Part shown: positions 48,891 through 58,528 of the stretch, piece after piece
Numbering within the stretch: the stretch's first letter is position 1
Layout: each line of letters begins with the position of its first letter
NCBI GenBank assembly: GCA_020441905.1
Contig: JAGRLG010000030.1
Coordinates: 20,970-84,969 of the forward strand
Length of the DNA stretch: 64,000 bases
Reading direction: 5' to 3'
DNA from: Rhodobiaceae bacterium
GTDB taxonomy: Bacteria > Pseudomonadota > Alphaproteobacteria > Rhizobiales > NORP267
Notes under the pieces: model-generated
The model's database searches: none
What the model saw: only the letters and a program-made list of their open reading frames with translations
What the model was told of the DNA's origin: nothing
Made by a program: the position numbers and the translations under genes

Positions 48891-49439
48891 TTACTCCGCT
48901 GCACGGCTTGATGGGTCAGGCTTCTCGGCCAGATCTATGGCGGCTTGCCGGTTCTTGGTCAGATAGCTGCGAGCTGCCTCATGGATGGCCAGTCCATAGC
49001 CGATGACAAAATGGCTGGCCTTGCGGTCGCAGCACGCTTTGGCCTCGTTGAGATGGGCGATGATGGCGTCATGCCGCGCCAGGCGGTGGTCCAGCGCCCG
49101 CTCGATCCGTTGGCGGCCAAGCCAGCCCGCGCAGATCATCAGAAACAGGAATTCCGACTTGAAGCGGTCGGGCCCCGGTTCTTCCTCGAGTGCCTCAAGC
49201 AAGGCGGCATGCCCGCGCTCGGTGATGGAATAGACCTTGCGGTCCGGCTTGCCGCTCTGTTGTTCCTCGCGGCACAGCACCATTCCTTCCTTGGTCAGCC
49301 GTTCCAGGGCGGGGTAGATGGAGCCGTAGCTGACATCGACGAAATTGCTGAACGGGCCGTCGACCGACATCTTCTTGATGTCATAGCCGGTGGTGTCGCC
49401 GAAAGAGAGGATACCGAGACACAGGGTCTTTACATTCAT
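48891..49439 (-). CDS. PadR-family transcriptional regulator
   Basis: Start at MNVKTLCLGILSFGDTTGYDIKK...SYGSIYPALERLTKEGMV (PadR winged helix). First gene of the padR-MFP-RND string. Confidence 0.8.
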   Translation of the reverse strand: MNVKTLCLGILSFGDTTGYDIKKMSVDGPFSNFVDVSYGSIYPALERLTKEGMVLCREEQQSGKPDRKVYSITERGHAALLEALEEEPGPDRFKSEFLFLMICAGWLGRQRIERALDHRLARHDAIIAHLNEAKACCDRKASHFVIGYGLAIHEAARSYLTKNRQAAIDLAEKPDPSSRAAE

Positions 49440-49507
49440 AGCTGAGACGCGCTTTTCGAGCGGTGGAAGGGCAGGGCATAGCCCCGCCACATTACCTATG
49501 CCAATTT

Positions 49508-49530
49508 GATATATGTTGAACCGATATATA
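49508..49530. promoter_or_regulatory. Direct repeat GATATAT-N8-GATATATA upstream of padR, candidate operator
   Basis: Copies at 49508-49514 and 49523-49530. They lie about 70-90 nt upstream of the padR ATG, in the 304-bp divergent intergenic region. Confidence 0.35.
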
Positions 49531-49743
49531 GCGCTGCCTCTGTCTGTCAAGTCACGAATAAGTCAACTTGCGGCCTGCGGCAGCAGTGCTATTCCCGATA
49601 GCAAAACACCGTCCTGTTTTCGAAAGCGGCTGGTTGAGGCCGCCTCCGGCCCCTTGACCACCTGCCATTCCGACTTGCAGACCGAAAGAGCATATTCCTT
49701 GTCCCTCTCCAGCTATCGACACCCGAACTGGCGCCGCGTCGCG

Positions 49744-50775
49744 ATGACCCTCGCTCTGGCGGCGGGTGGCGGCGCTCTTTTTGCTTTCGCCGGCTTGCCG
49801 GCCCCCTGGTTGTCCGGCGCCATGATCGCGGTTGGCGTCGCCTCTCTTTCCGGCGCCGCAGTCCTGGTTCCCGGCTGGCTGAAGGACATCGTCTTTGTGT
49901 TTTTGGGCATTTCCATGGGCACCGGGGTGACCCCGGAGTCACTGCACAAGATTGCGCTTTGGCCGTTCAGCATCTTCATGCTGGGGCTGGTCCTGCTTCT
50001 CATCCTGGCCACGGGAACCCTTTTCCTGCGCTTTGTCGCCGGATGGGAAAAGGCAACGGCGTTTCTTGCCGCCGTACCCGGCGCCTTGAGCCAGGTGCTT
50101 TCGCTGGCGCTGGATACTCCGGGCGTCAATGTTCAAAAAGTTGCCGTCTCGCAAAGCCTCCGCCTGTTCATCCTGGTCGCTGTGTTGCCAGGGGTGATCC
50201 TCTATTCGCGCGGAGACGCAGCCCTGCCGGCCGAGGTCCTGGGTAGCGCCGGCCCGGTGGAACTGGGGCCTTTGGCGCTGCTGTTCGTCCTTGGAACCCT
50301 TGGCGGACTGGTCTTTCGCCGCTTGCGCGTGCCCGCCGGCCTGCTGACCGGCAGCCTCATGGTGAGTGCGCTGCTCCACGCCACCGAGCTTGTGTCCGCG
50401 CGGCTGCCCGACGCCGTTCTGATCCCCGGTTTCATCGTCCTGGGGGCGCTGATCGGCACCCGTTTTGCCGGCGCCACCTGGCGCCACCTGGCCCAGGTCG
50501 CCGGCCCCGCGCTGATGGCATTCGTCCTTGCCATGGGCGTCTCGCTTGGCGGCGCGGCGCTGGTCGCTTGGGCGCTGGACCTTCCATTCGGACTGACCTT
50601 GCTGGCCTTTGCCCCGGGCGGGCTGGAAACCATGACCCTGCTGGCCTTCACCCTGGATCTCGACCCCGCTTTCGTCGCCGCCCACCAGGTCGCGCGCTAT
50701 GTGGCGATGGTGCTGTTCCTGCCCATGGTGATGCGCCTGATGACCGGCATATGGCCCGGCGGCAAGCGCGGCTGA
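49744..50775 (+). CDS. AbrB-family membrane protein (putative ammonia monooxygenase-like duplication, PF05145 type)
   Basis: Start at MTLALAAGGGALFAFAGLPAPWLSGAM. Two similar hydrophobic halves each contain GxP.P.L.G. About 343 aa. Confidence 0.7.
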   Translation: MTLALAAGGGALFAFAGLPAPWLSGAMIAVGVASLSGAAVLVPGWLKDIVFVFLGISMGTGVTPESLHKIALWPFSIFMLGLVLLLILATGTLFLRFVAGWEKATAFLAAVPGALSQVLSLALDTPGVNVQKVAVSQSLRLFILVAVLPGVILYSRGDAALPAEVLGSAGPVELGPLALLFVLGTLGGLVFRRLRVPAGLLTGSLMVSALLHATELVSARLPDAVLIPGFIVLGALIGTRFAGATWRHLAQVAGPALMAFVLAMGVSLGGAALVAWALDLPFGLTLLAFAPGGLETMTLLAFTLDLDPAFVAAHQVARYVAMVLFLPMVMRLMTGIWPGGKRG

Positions 50776-50782
50776 AAAAGGT

Positions 50783-52132
50783 TCAGGCGCTGCGGATAGT
50801 GGAAAGAAATCCCGCCACTTCCCGGCGCAGGGAATTGGCCTGCTCGGCCATCGCGTCGGTGGAATCGCGCAGTTGCGCCGCGATCAGATCGGTGACCTCG
50901 GCGGTATCGGCAAAGTCTTTGACATTGGCCGTCACCTCATTTGCCCGATCCGAGGCGAGAACAATGTTTTGCGAAATTTCCTTGGTCGCGACATCCTGCT
51001 GACGGGCGGCGGCGGCGACCGCGGCGATGATGTCATTCATGTTGCGCACCGTGTCGCCGACACTGTGTATGACATCGGCCGTGTTTTTCGTATCGGCCCG
51101 CACCGCCGCGATCTGGGCGTCGATCTCGGCCGTCGCCCTCGCGGTCTGGCTTGCCAGTTCCTTGACCTCGGCGGCGACGACGGCAAAGCCTTTCCCGGAC
51201 TCGCCGGCACGGGCCGCCTCGATCGTGGCATTGAGGGCGAGCAGATTGGTCTGTTCGGCAATTTCGTTGATGAGTTTGACAATACTGCCGATTTCTTCCA
51301 CCGAACTGAACAGCAGTTGAACCTTGTGCTTGGACTCTTCGGCGCCTTCCAGCGCCTTGCGCGACGTCTGGCTCGAGTCCTCGACCTGCTGATGGATTTC
51401 CTCGATCGAAGCCGAAAGTTCCTCTACCGCGGAGGCGACCGCCTCGACGCGCTCTGCCGTTTGTTCGCAGAATGCGACGGTATCGCCCGCCTTGGTGCGC
51501 GATTGCTCCGAGGCGCCCGCCAGTTCGCGCGATGCCCCGGCCAGCCGCTCGGCGGCGCCCGCAACAACGGTTCCGATGCCGGCAATGGTTTCCTCGAACC
51601 GCCCGGCCAATTGGTCGCGGCTGACCTTCCGCTGCTGCCGGCCGGCCTCGCGATAGGCGGCAATGGCCACCTGGATATCCAGCGTGGCCGCCTTGACGAT
51701 GGCGACCTGGGTCGCCACCAGGTTCCGGCGCCTCCCGCCCTCGAACCAGCCGCGCGGCAAATGGCGGGCCGAGGCATCGAGCAGGCCGGAAACGACCAGA
51801 TTGCAGGCACCGATATACCAGCTGGGTTCGAACCCGAGCTTTTGGTGCGCTTCGCCGATCCGGGTTATGGAGTCCAGATATCTGGTGCCGAACTTGGCTT
51901 CGAGAACAATCTCCCAGTGCGCGATCATCGCCGAGATCTGGCGGTCTATCTTCTTCGGGTTGTGTATGGCCAGACCGCTTTGTGGAAAATGACCGATATG
52001 GGCATAGACCCTTCCCAGTATGGCCGGCAGCTCGGACAGGATCATCGCCCGCGCCGCGCGCAGAGCATTCCGGCAGTCATCGTCGATACGATTGAAGCGC
52101 AAAAGATCGCCGAGAACATCTTGTCCGGTCAA
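50783..52132 (-). CDS. Globin-coupled sensor methyl-accepting chemotaxis protein (HemAT-like)
   Basis: N-terminal sensor globin ([14 protein letters not shown]...[10 protein letters not shown]...[18 protein letters not shown], candidate proximal His in EAHQKLG). C-terminal MCP tip [35 protein letters not shown]. No TM. Confidence 0.85.
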   Translation of the reverse strand: MTGQDVLGDLLRFNRIDDDCRNALRAARAMILSELPAILGRVYAHIGHFPQSGLAIHNPKKIDRQISAMIAHWEIVLEAKFGTRYLDSITRIGEAHQKLGFEPSWYIGACNLVVSGLLDASARHLPRGWFEGGRRRNLVATQVAIVKAATLDIQVAIAAYREAGRQQRKVSRDQLAGRFEETIAGIGTVVAGAAERLAGASRELAGASEQSRTKAGDTVAFCEQTAERVEAVASAVEELSASIEEIHQQVEDSSQTSRKALEGAEESKHKVQLLFSSVEEIGSIVKLINEIAEQTNLLALNATIEAARAGESGKGFAVVAAEVKELASQTARATAEIDAQIAAVRADTKNTADVIHSVGDTVRNMNDIIAAVAAAARQQDVATKEISQNIVLASDRANEVTANVKDFADTAEVTDLIAAQLRDSTDAMAEQANSLRREVAGFLSTIRSA

Positions 52133-52240
52133 ATCATGGCTCCGATGCTGGCTATTTGTTAGGATCCAGTAACATTCCCTTACGGCAGGTTGTAGTGAAT
52201 CTTGGTTTACAAATTGCTAATGACAAAACAGTCTCAGCAA

Positions 52241-53137
52241 TCAGATATCTGGAAAAGATCTAATATAGCTATTATTATTTGAAATAACAGTTTGCCTGGC
52301 ATGTTCTATGTATATCTGGCGCAACCGTTTGGTGATATCACCGGGAACCCCTTGGCCGATATTGCTGCCATCTATGCAAATGACGGGCATGACAAGTCCG
52401 CCTGCTGAGCAATTGAAGGCTTCTTGTGCGTCATGGGCTTCTTGCAGGGAAAACCGGCGCGACTCGATTTTCAGGTCCTGTTCCTCGGCAAGCTTGAGCA
52501 CAGAAATACGGGTCACGCTCGGCAGGATTTCATGGCCGAGAGGCCGGGCGATCAGGGCCCTTTGCCGCGTGATGATGAAGGCGCTCGACGAGGCCCCCTC
52601 GGTGACGAAACCGTCTTCCACCATCCAGGCTTCGGCGCAGCCGGCCGCCGCCGCTTCCTGCTTGGCCAGCACCTGGGCCAGCAGGGCGATGCTTTTTATG
52701 TCACGCCGCTTCCAGCGCAGGTCCGGCACCGATTTGACGGCAATGCCGGTGCGCGCATCCGGGTTGTCAACGAGGTCGCGCGCCTGGGTGAACATGACGA
52801 GGCTGGAGGGTATGTCGGTACCGGGAAAGCGGAAGTCGCGTTCCGCCGCGCCGCGCGTGACCTGCAAATAGAGCGTGCCTTCGGTCAGACCGTTCCGGCG
52901 CAGCAGTTCCAGTTGCAGGCGGGTCAGTTCTTCCTCGCCGGCCGGGCAGGAAAGGCCGATTTCTCCCAAGGATCGCTTGAGCCGCGCCATGTGGTGGCCA
53001 TGATCGACAAGCCCGCCATCCAGCACCGCGGTCACCTCGTAAATGCCATCGGCGAACAGAAAGCCGCGATCCAGAATCGAGACACGCGCCTCGGTCAGGG
53101 GCACGAACTCTCCGTTGACATAGGCGATGCGAGTCAT
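52241..53137 (-). CDS. D-amino-acid (class IV) aminotransferase
   Basis: MTRIAYVNGEFVPLTEARVSILDRGFLFADGIYEV, catalytic Lys context RRDIKSIALL. The last ~20 codons are AT-rich (..QTVISNNNSYIRSFPDI). Confidence 0.8.
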   Translation of the reverse strand: MTRIAYVNGEFVPLTEARVSILDRGFLFADGIYEVTAVLDGGLVDHGHHMARLKRSLGEIGLSCPAGEEELTRLQLELLRRNGLTEGTLYLQVTRGAAERDFRFPGTDIPSSLVMFTQARDLVDNPDARTGIAVKSVPDLRWKRRDIKSIALLAQVLAKQEAAAAGCAEAWMVEDGFVTEGASSSAFIITRQRALIARPLGHEILPSVTRISVLKLAEEQDLKIESRRFSLQEAHDAQEAFNCSAGGLVMPVICIDGSNIGQGVPGDITKRLRQIYIEHARQTVISNNNSYIRSFPDI

Positions 53138-53243
53138 GATTGGGCCTTGATCGAGTAATGGCTAGGTGAAGCCGCGGCGGGCAATTCCGCCGCGTTTGCC
53201 GGCCAGCGGCGGAAGGCAAACATAGTCGGCCCGCCGTGCCGCG

Positions 53244-54437
53244 TCACGGATCTTTGCGGCCTGCCGGCAGCCGCCGTTGCTGGCTGGTCAGGATATGGCG
53301 GGTCATCACCGGCCCGGCCACCTCGAAGAATATCGTTGAGGAAATGGTGATGGTGAGAAGCATGCTCGCGAGTTCGGGAAACGCATCGCCGGCGGCGAGC
53401 GCCAGCCCGAGCGCAACCCCGGCCTGCGGCATCAGCGCCAGGCCGATGGCGCGGCTCTGACCGGGTGCCAGCCCGCCCAGGCGCCCCCCGATCCAGCCGC
53501 CGCAGATTCGCCCCCCTATGCGCAGCGCCATATAGGCCGCCAGAAGCACGCCGCCTCGCAGCACATGGGCCAGTTCCAGCCGCGCCCCGGCAAGCACGAA
53601 GAACAGCACCAGGAACGGCCATTCGATATGTTCGATGGCGCGGAATGTGCGGCGGTGATGGCGGGCCAGGTTGGCGATCACCAGCCCGGCGACCATCGGC
53701 GTCAGCAGGAAGGAAACCTCCAGCCACAGCGCGGCGCCGGCGCACAGGAAAACGATCCCCAGGGCTTCCGAAAGCGTCGGCTCGCCGGCGCGCAGGCGTC
53801 CCGTGAGCGCGGCGGCGCAAAGGCCGATGAGCGATCCGGCCGCAGCCGCGCCGCCGACTTCGCGCAGCGCATGCAGAACCGCGTCGCCGCCATGGCCGCC
53901 ACTGCCGCCATTGAGCAGGGACGAGGCGCCGAGCAGCACGCCGAACAGGATGACGCCCCAGCCGTCGTCGATGGCGACGACGCCGAGAATGGTGCGCGAG
54001 AAATTGCTGCGGCTGCCGGATTCATGGACGACGTCCTGGGCCGCCGCCGGATCGGTGGCGGTGGCGATTCCCGCCAGCATCACGGCCAGGACCGGCGGCG
54101 CCCCGAGCAGGGCCAGCCCGCCGCCGACAAACGCCGCCGTTGCCACCACGACCAGCAGGGAGACCGAAACGATGGCGCGGCCCAGCCGGCGCAGGCGCTC
54201 AAACGACAATTCGCCGCCGAGCAGAAAAGCCACCATCGCCAGGGAAATATTGGTGACCAGATGGCTGTGCTCGATGAGGCGGACGGGGAGCAGGTCGAGG
54301 AATTCCGGGCCGGCCGCGATGCCCAGCAGAATGAGCAGGGAAACCCGGGGCAGAAAGGTTTTCCGCCCCAGCGCATCGACGGCGATGCTGGCGAGCATCA
54401 GCAGGCCAATTCCCAGAAGCAGTCCGGCGTCATTCAT
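53244..54437 (-). CDS. Cation:proton antiporter (CPA/Na+-H+ exchanger family)
   Basis: 397 aa with about 11-12 helices. N-terminal LLLGIGLLMLASIAV..LPRVSLLILLGIAAGP and ATDPAA motif. Confidence 0.75.
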   Translation of the reverse strand: MNDAGLLLGIGLLMLASIAVDALGRKTFLPRVSLLILLGIAAGPEFLDLLPVRLIEHSHLVTNISLAMVAFLLGGELSFERLRRLGRAIVSVSLLVVVATAAFVGGGLALLGAPPVLAVMLAGIATATDPAAAQDVVHESGSRSNFSRTILGVVAIDDGWGVILFGVLLGASSLLNGGSGGHGGDAVLHALREVGGAAAAGSLIGLCAAALTGRLRAGEPTLSEALGIVFLCAGAALWLEVSFLLTPMVAGLVIANLARHHRRTFRAIEHIEWPFLVLFFVLAGARLELAHVLRGGVLLAAYMALRIGGRICGGWIGGRLGGLAPGQSRAIGLALMPQAGVALGLALAAGDAFPELASMLLTITISSTIFFEVAGPVMTRHILTSQQRRLPAGRKDP

Positions 54438-54479
54438 TGCAGCCGCCCCCCTTGGCGTCCGCGCCGGCCGTGATCGGCC

Positions 54480-55016
54480 TTATTGACGGCGGAAAACAAC
54501 CTCGCCGGACCGGTAAACGTCCCCGGTCTGCAAATCCGTGGCGGTGGTGGTCATGCGGAATTCGCCGTCGGCGACGATCTCGAATTCAAGATCGGAGCTG
54601 ATCTGCCGCCCTGTCCGCGAATCGACATAGCGGGCATTGAGCCGCAGCTGTTTCTTGTCGCCGCTGCCGGAAACCGTGGCCGGTGCCTTCATGACCGGCG
54701 ACACCAGCTTGCCGCCGAACTGGCCGTTCTCGCCCGCCTCGATGCGGCCCTCCAGCGCCCCGGTGGTATTGCCCACCGCGCAGCGGCCGGCCTGAAGCAG
54801 CGCCTTGCCGCCATCGCTGAGCGTGTTGGATATCTTGCAGTAGATCTTCTCCGCCGGTTCGCCCGGGCCGATACGGCCGTCGCCCTTGCCGATCCACTCG
54901 CCCGCCATGGCGTCGAGGACCTCATTGGCCCGCGCCGCCGGTGCCGCCGCCAGCAGGACACAGGCCGACAGGATCCACCGCGCCGGTATTCCAGCAATCC
55001 TTACCTTAGGACTCAT
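54480..55016 (-). CDS. Small secreted protein, unknown family (beta-rich, lipocalin-like pattern)
   Basis: ATG at 55016 forms an ATGA overlap with the MMPL gene stop. Signal peptide ACVLLAAAPAARA-NE. Alternating beta-strand-like pattern, two Cys. Confidence 0.6.
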   Translation of the reverse strand: MSPKVRIAGIPARWILSACVLLAAAPAARANEVLDAMAGEWIGKGDGRIGPGEPAEKIYCKISNTLSDGGKALLQAGRCAVGNTTGALEGRIEAGENGQFGGKLVSPVMKAPATVSGSGDKKQLRLNARYVDSRTGRQISSDLEFEIVADGEFRMTTTATDLQTGDVYRSGEVVFRRQ

Positions 55017-57286
55017 TTCCCGCTCTCCGTTGTAAACCAGGATCGCGCCGGTCCCGCCATCAATGCCGGCAGAAGCAGAAGGTCCGCGATCAGCGCCGTG
55101 GCAAGGGTAACGATAGCCAATTGCCCGAACAAGCTGATCGTCGGCAGGCCGCTGGTCAGGGTGGTCAGCAGGCCGACAACGATAATCAGCGTCGTGCTGG
55201 CCAGCACCGGTCCGATGACCCGCGACGTCAGCGTCAGCCGTTCGGCCAGAGTGGGGGTGCCGATGCGCATGCGCTGGAAGGCATTGATGAAATGAATGGT
55301 GTCGTCGACGGCAATGCCGAAGGCAACGGTCAGCGCGATGACGCTGGTGAACTGCATGCCGCGGTCGGAAAGGAAGAGCAGGCTGCCGGTGGCCAGGATC
55401 GGCAGGGCGTTGGGCAGGAAGGCGATGATGCCGATCTTGTAGCTGCGGAAAGCGAGCGATATCAGCGCCAGGCCGACCAGAACGGCAAAGCCGAGGCTGT
55501 AGCCAAGATTCCGGATCGTGCGGTCGCTTTCGCGCGAGGTCATCGCCGCCATGCCTGTGGCCACCACTTCGGCGCCTCCGGCGGCTTGCGCTGCCGCCTC
55601 GATGCGGTCGACCAGCGGGCGCATGATGCGCGTTGGCGCCTCGTGGACCGATACGCTGACCAGCGCGTCGCCATTGTTGCGGCCGATGAACCGCGACACC
55701 GCCGTCGGCGTCAGCTGCTTCAGCGTATCGTCGATCAGCTTGCCGCCCTTTTCGCCGCCGCCGGTCCATTGCGCCAGGCTCCATAGCGACAATGGGGTGC
55801 TGGTGCCGGGAACCGTTGCAACGGCCTCATGCACGGCGCGGATGCGGGCGAGGGCGGCCTCGCTGGTCGGCGCCAGTCCGCCCAAGGGAACGACGACCTC
55901 GATCGGGAATGTGCCGCCGAAATTGGTGTCGAGACGCGCCAGCGCCTCGTTGGCGGGGTCGCCTTCGGCGAGGTGCTCGCGGATCGAGTGTTCCGGCGGG
56001 GTCGAGAAATGCATGAAGGCGAAGGCCGCGAACAGGGCCATGCCGATCCAGCTCAGCAGCCAGGCGCGCCTTGTCGAAAACCGGGCGCAGGCCGCGCTGG
56101 GGGCTGCCAGCAGGTCCAGCGGCACCCCCTGGCTGCGCCGCGACGCGGTCCAGTACTTGCCGATCGTCAGCGCCAGCAGGGCATGTATGGCCAGCACGAG
56201 GACGGCGCCGCCGATGGAACCGATGGCGCCGATCCAGCCGAAATGGCGCACGATGGAGACATCGGAGATGGTCAGCGACAGAAAGGCGAATGCGGTGGTC
56301 ATCGCCGTCAGGATGCAGGCCGGACCGACCGCGACCATGGCCCGCCATTCCGATTGCCTGGCGTCGAATCCCTCGCGGTGGGCATGGCGCCAGGCGGCGT
56401 TGAGGTGCATGGCATCGGTGTAGCCGAGGATCATCACCAGCACCGGCACCACATTGGACATGACGGTGACCTTGACCCCGATCGCCCCCATCAGCCCGAT
56501 CACGCTGAGCCCGGCGGCCACGGCCGGAACGGCAGTCATCAGGGCGGCGGCCAGGGAGCGGAAGATGATGAGCGAGAGCAGGAATCCGACCGCGGCGCCA
56601 ACCGCGTTGAGGACCTTCTGATCGCGCACCAGGTGATCGATGATCCCGGCGCGAATGGCGGGAAATCCGCTCACCGTGGCGGCAAGGCCGGTCCCTTTCA
56701 GCGTGTCGCGCGCCGCCGCTTCGATCCTGCCCTGCAAGGTGCGGAACACGGCCAGCGGCGCCTTGGGCTGGCTTGGCGTGATGTAATAGGCCAGCGAGCG
56801 GCCATCTGCCGCCAGCAGCTTCTCGCCCAGCAGCGGGTGGGCGCGGATCTTCTGGGCCAGAGCCGGATCAAGTCCCTGGCCGGCATCGCTCACCAGTGTC
56901 GCCGAGCGGCCCTCCGCATCGATGAGCTGGCGCAAGGAAAACAGCGAAAAACTGCTTTCGATACCGTCGATGAGTTGAAGTTCGAATTGCAGGTCCTGAA
57001 GGCGCGAAAAGGTATCCGGCTTTGAAATGCCCTCGCCCTCGACCAGGAGCAGCAGCTCGTTCTCGGGGTCGGCGAAATTGTCGGTTGCCGAGACATAGGC
57101 GCGGTAGGTCTGCGTATCGCCGCGGAAGACCTGGCGCAGGTTTTCGTCGAAACTGAGCTGGGTCAGGCCGTAAACCGAGATCGCGAGCAGGGCGAGGATG
57201 ATGGTCGCCGCTGCGCGCGGAAATTTGAGCGCCAGCAAACCGGCATGCTCAAGACCTAGACCAAGGGAGATATCGCTGCTTTTCAC
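55013..57286 (-). CDS. MMPL/HpnN-like RND-superfamily exporter
   Basis: 757 aa. Two repeats of soluble loop + 5-6 TM. GFAVLVGLALI...FGIAVDDTIHFI in the second half and ILGYTDAMHL in the first half resemble MMPL/SSD transporters. Confidence 0.75.
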   Translation of the reverse strand: MKSSDISLGLGLEHAGLLALKFPRAAATIILALLAISVYGLTQLSFDENLRQVFRGDTQTYRAYVSATDNFADPENELLLLVEGEGISKPDTFSRLQDLQFELQLIDGIESSFSLFSLRQLIDAEGRSATLVSDAGQGLDPALAQKIRAHPLLGEKLLAADGRSLAYYITPSQPKAPLAVFRTLQGRIEAAARDTLKGTGLAATVSGFPAIRAGIIDHLVRDQKVLNAVGAAVGFLLSLIIFRSLAAALMTAVPAVAAGLSVIGLMGAIGVKVTVMSNVVPVLVMILGYTDAMHLNAAWRHAHREGFDARQSEWRAMVAVGPACILTAMTTAFAFLSLTISDVSIVRHFGWIGAIGSIGGAVLVLAIHALLALTIGKYWTASRRSQGVPLDLLAAPSAACARFSTRRAWLLSWIGMALFAAFAFMHFSTPPEHSIREHLAEGDPANEALARLDTNFGGTFPIEVVVPLGGLAPTSEAALARIRAVHEAVATVPGTSTPLSLWSLAQWTGGGEKGGKLIDDTLKQLTPTAVSRFIGRNNGDALVSVSVHEAPTRIMRPLVDRIEAAAQAAGGAEVVATGMAAMTSRESDRTIRNLGYSLGFAVLVGLALISLAFRSYKIGIIAFLPNALPILATGSLLFLSDRGMQFTSVIALTVAFGIAVDDTIHFINAFQRMRIGTPTLAERLTLTSRVIGPVLASTTLIIVVGLLTTLTSGLPTISLFGQLAIVTLATALIADLLLLPALMAGPARSWFTTESGK

Positions 57287-57403
57287 TGCGCACCACGTGC
57301 CACTGGCGAAGGGTCGGGGCGCGCCTGGGCGCGGCCGCCGCGCAAAATGACGTTGTCGGCAGGGACTGTCAATTGGCGATCCCGCTATGGCGGCGGCAAT
57401 CTC

Positions 57404-58525
57404 CTAATCGAGCGTGCGGCGGAATCGCGCCAGTGTGATCACGCCGACAACGAGCATGAAAGCGAGAATGGGCCACATCTCGCCCGCCACATTGGCCATC
57501 CCGTTGCCCTTGAGCAGGACGCCGCGCACGATACGCAGCAGGTGCGTCAGGGGCAGTGCCTCGCCGATCCATTGCGCCCAGACCGGCATGCCGCGAAACG
57601 GGAACATGAAGCCGGACAAAAGGATCGAGGGCAGGAAGAAGAAGAAGGTCAGTTGCATCGCCTGCATCTGGCTGCGCGCCAGGGTGGAGAACAGATAGCC
57701 GAGGCTGACATTGGCGGCAATGAACGCCAGAACGCCGGCCAGCAGCACCCAGAAAGGGCCGAGCATCGGCACGCCGAAGACGAAATGGGCGGCGAGCAGG
57801 ATGATCGCCACCTGGACGAAACCGAGCGCGATATTGGGCGTTATCTTGCCGAACATGATTTCCCAGGCCCGGGTTGGCATCGCCAGCAGGTTTTCCATGG
57901 TGCCGCGCTCGACCTCGCGGGTCAGCGACAGAGCCGTGGAAAGTACCGAAGTCAGGGTCAGGATGACGCCCAGCAGCCCGGGAACGATATTGTAGCGGGT
58001 GATCCCTTCTGGGTTGTAGCGCCGGTGCACCACCAGGTCGGCCCGCGATGCCGCGCGCGGTTTCATCGCGGCGCCGGCGGCGTCGCGGGCGATGCCGCGT
58101 TCGACGATTTCGCCCAGGGCCCCCAGCGCGTTGCTGGCCGAGGCGGGGTCGGTGGCATCGGCCTCGATTAGGATCTGCGGCCGCTCGCCGCGCATCAGCG
58201 CGCGCGAGAACCCGGCCGGAATGGTAACGACGAAGGCGACCTCGCCGCGGTCAAGCAGGGCGTCGGCCTCGGCATTGCTGGTGATGGCGGAGACGATTTC
58301 GAAATAGCTCGAGGTTTCCATCGCCGATACGATCGAGCGCGAGAACCGGCCCTGGTCCTCCAGCAGCAGCGCGGTTGGCAACCGGCGCGGATCATTGTTG
58401 ATGGCAAAGCCGAACAGGATGAGCTGGATAATCGGTATGCCGACCATCATCGCCAGCGTCAGCCGGTCGCGGCGCATCTGGATCACCTCTTTAAGGAAAA
58501 TGGCAAAAGCCCGCGATAATAACAT
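57404..58525 (-). CDS. ABC-2 type transporter permease (YbhS/YbhR-like)
   Basis: N-terminal TM, large external loop, then 5 TM with an ABC-2 signature region (ERGTMENLLAMP). Confidence 0.85.
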   Translation of the reverse strand: MLLSRAFAIFLKEVIQMRRDRLTLAMMVGIPIIQLILFGFAINNDPRRLPTALLLEDQGRFSRSIVSAMETSSYFEIVSAITSNAEADALLDRGEVAFVVTIPAGFSRALMRGERPQILIEADATDPASASNALGALGEIVERGIARDAAGAAMKPRAASRADLVVHRRYNPEGITRYNIVPGLLGVILTLTSVLSTALSLTREVERGTMENLLAMPTRAWEIMFGKITPNIALGFVQVAIILLAAHFVFGVPMLGPFWVLLAGVLAFIAANVSLGYLFSTLARSQMQAMQLTFFFFLPSILLSGFMFPFRGMPVWAQWIGEALPLTHLLRIVRGVLLKGNGMANVAGEMWPILAFMLVVGVITLARFRRTLD

Positions 58526-58528
58526 GCC

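Noticed and set aside
53175-53205. Hairpin CGCGGCGG-GCAATT-CCGCCGCG followed by TTTGCC, as a terminator between the antiporter and aminotransferase genes
   Set aside because: The T-rich side is on the + strand, whereas both flanking genes are on the - strand. On the - strand no U-tract follows, so it is not a convincing intrinsic terminator.
55017-55784. Upstream part of the 434-aa ORF 54480-55784
   Set aside because: It overlaps the 3' part of the MMPL gene in another frame and is Arg/His/Pro/Gly-rich. The credible protein starts at the signal peptide (ATG 55016).
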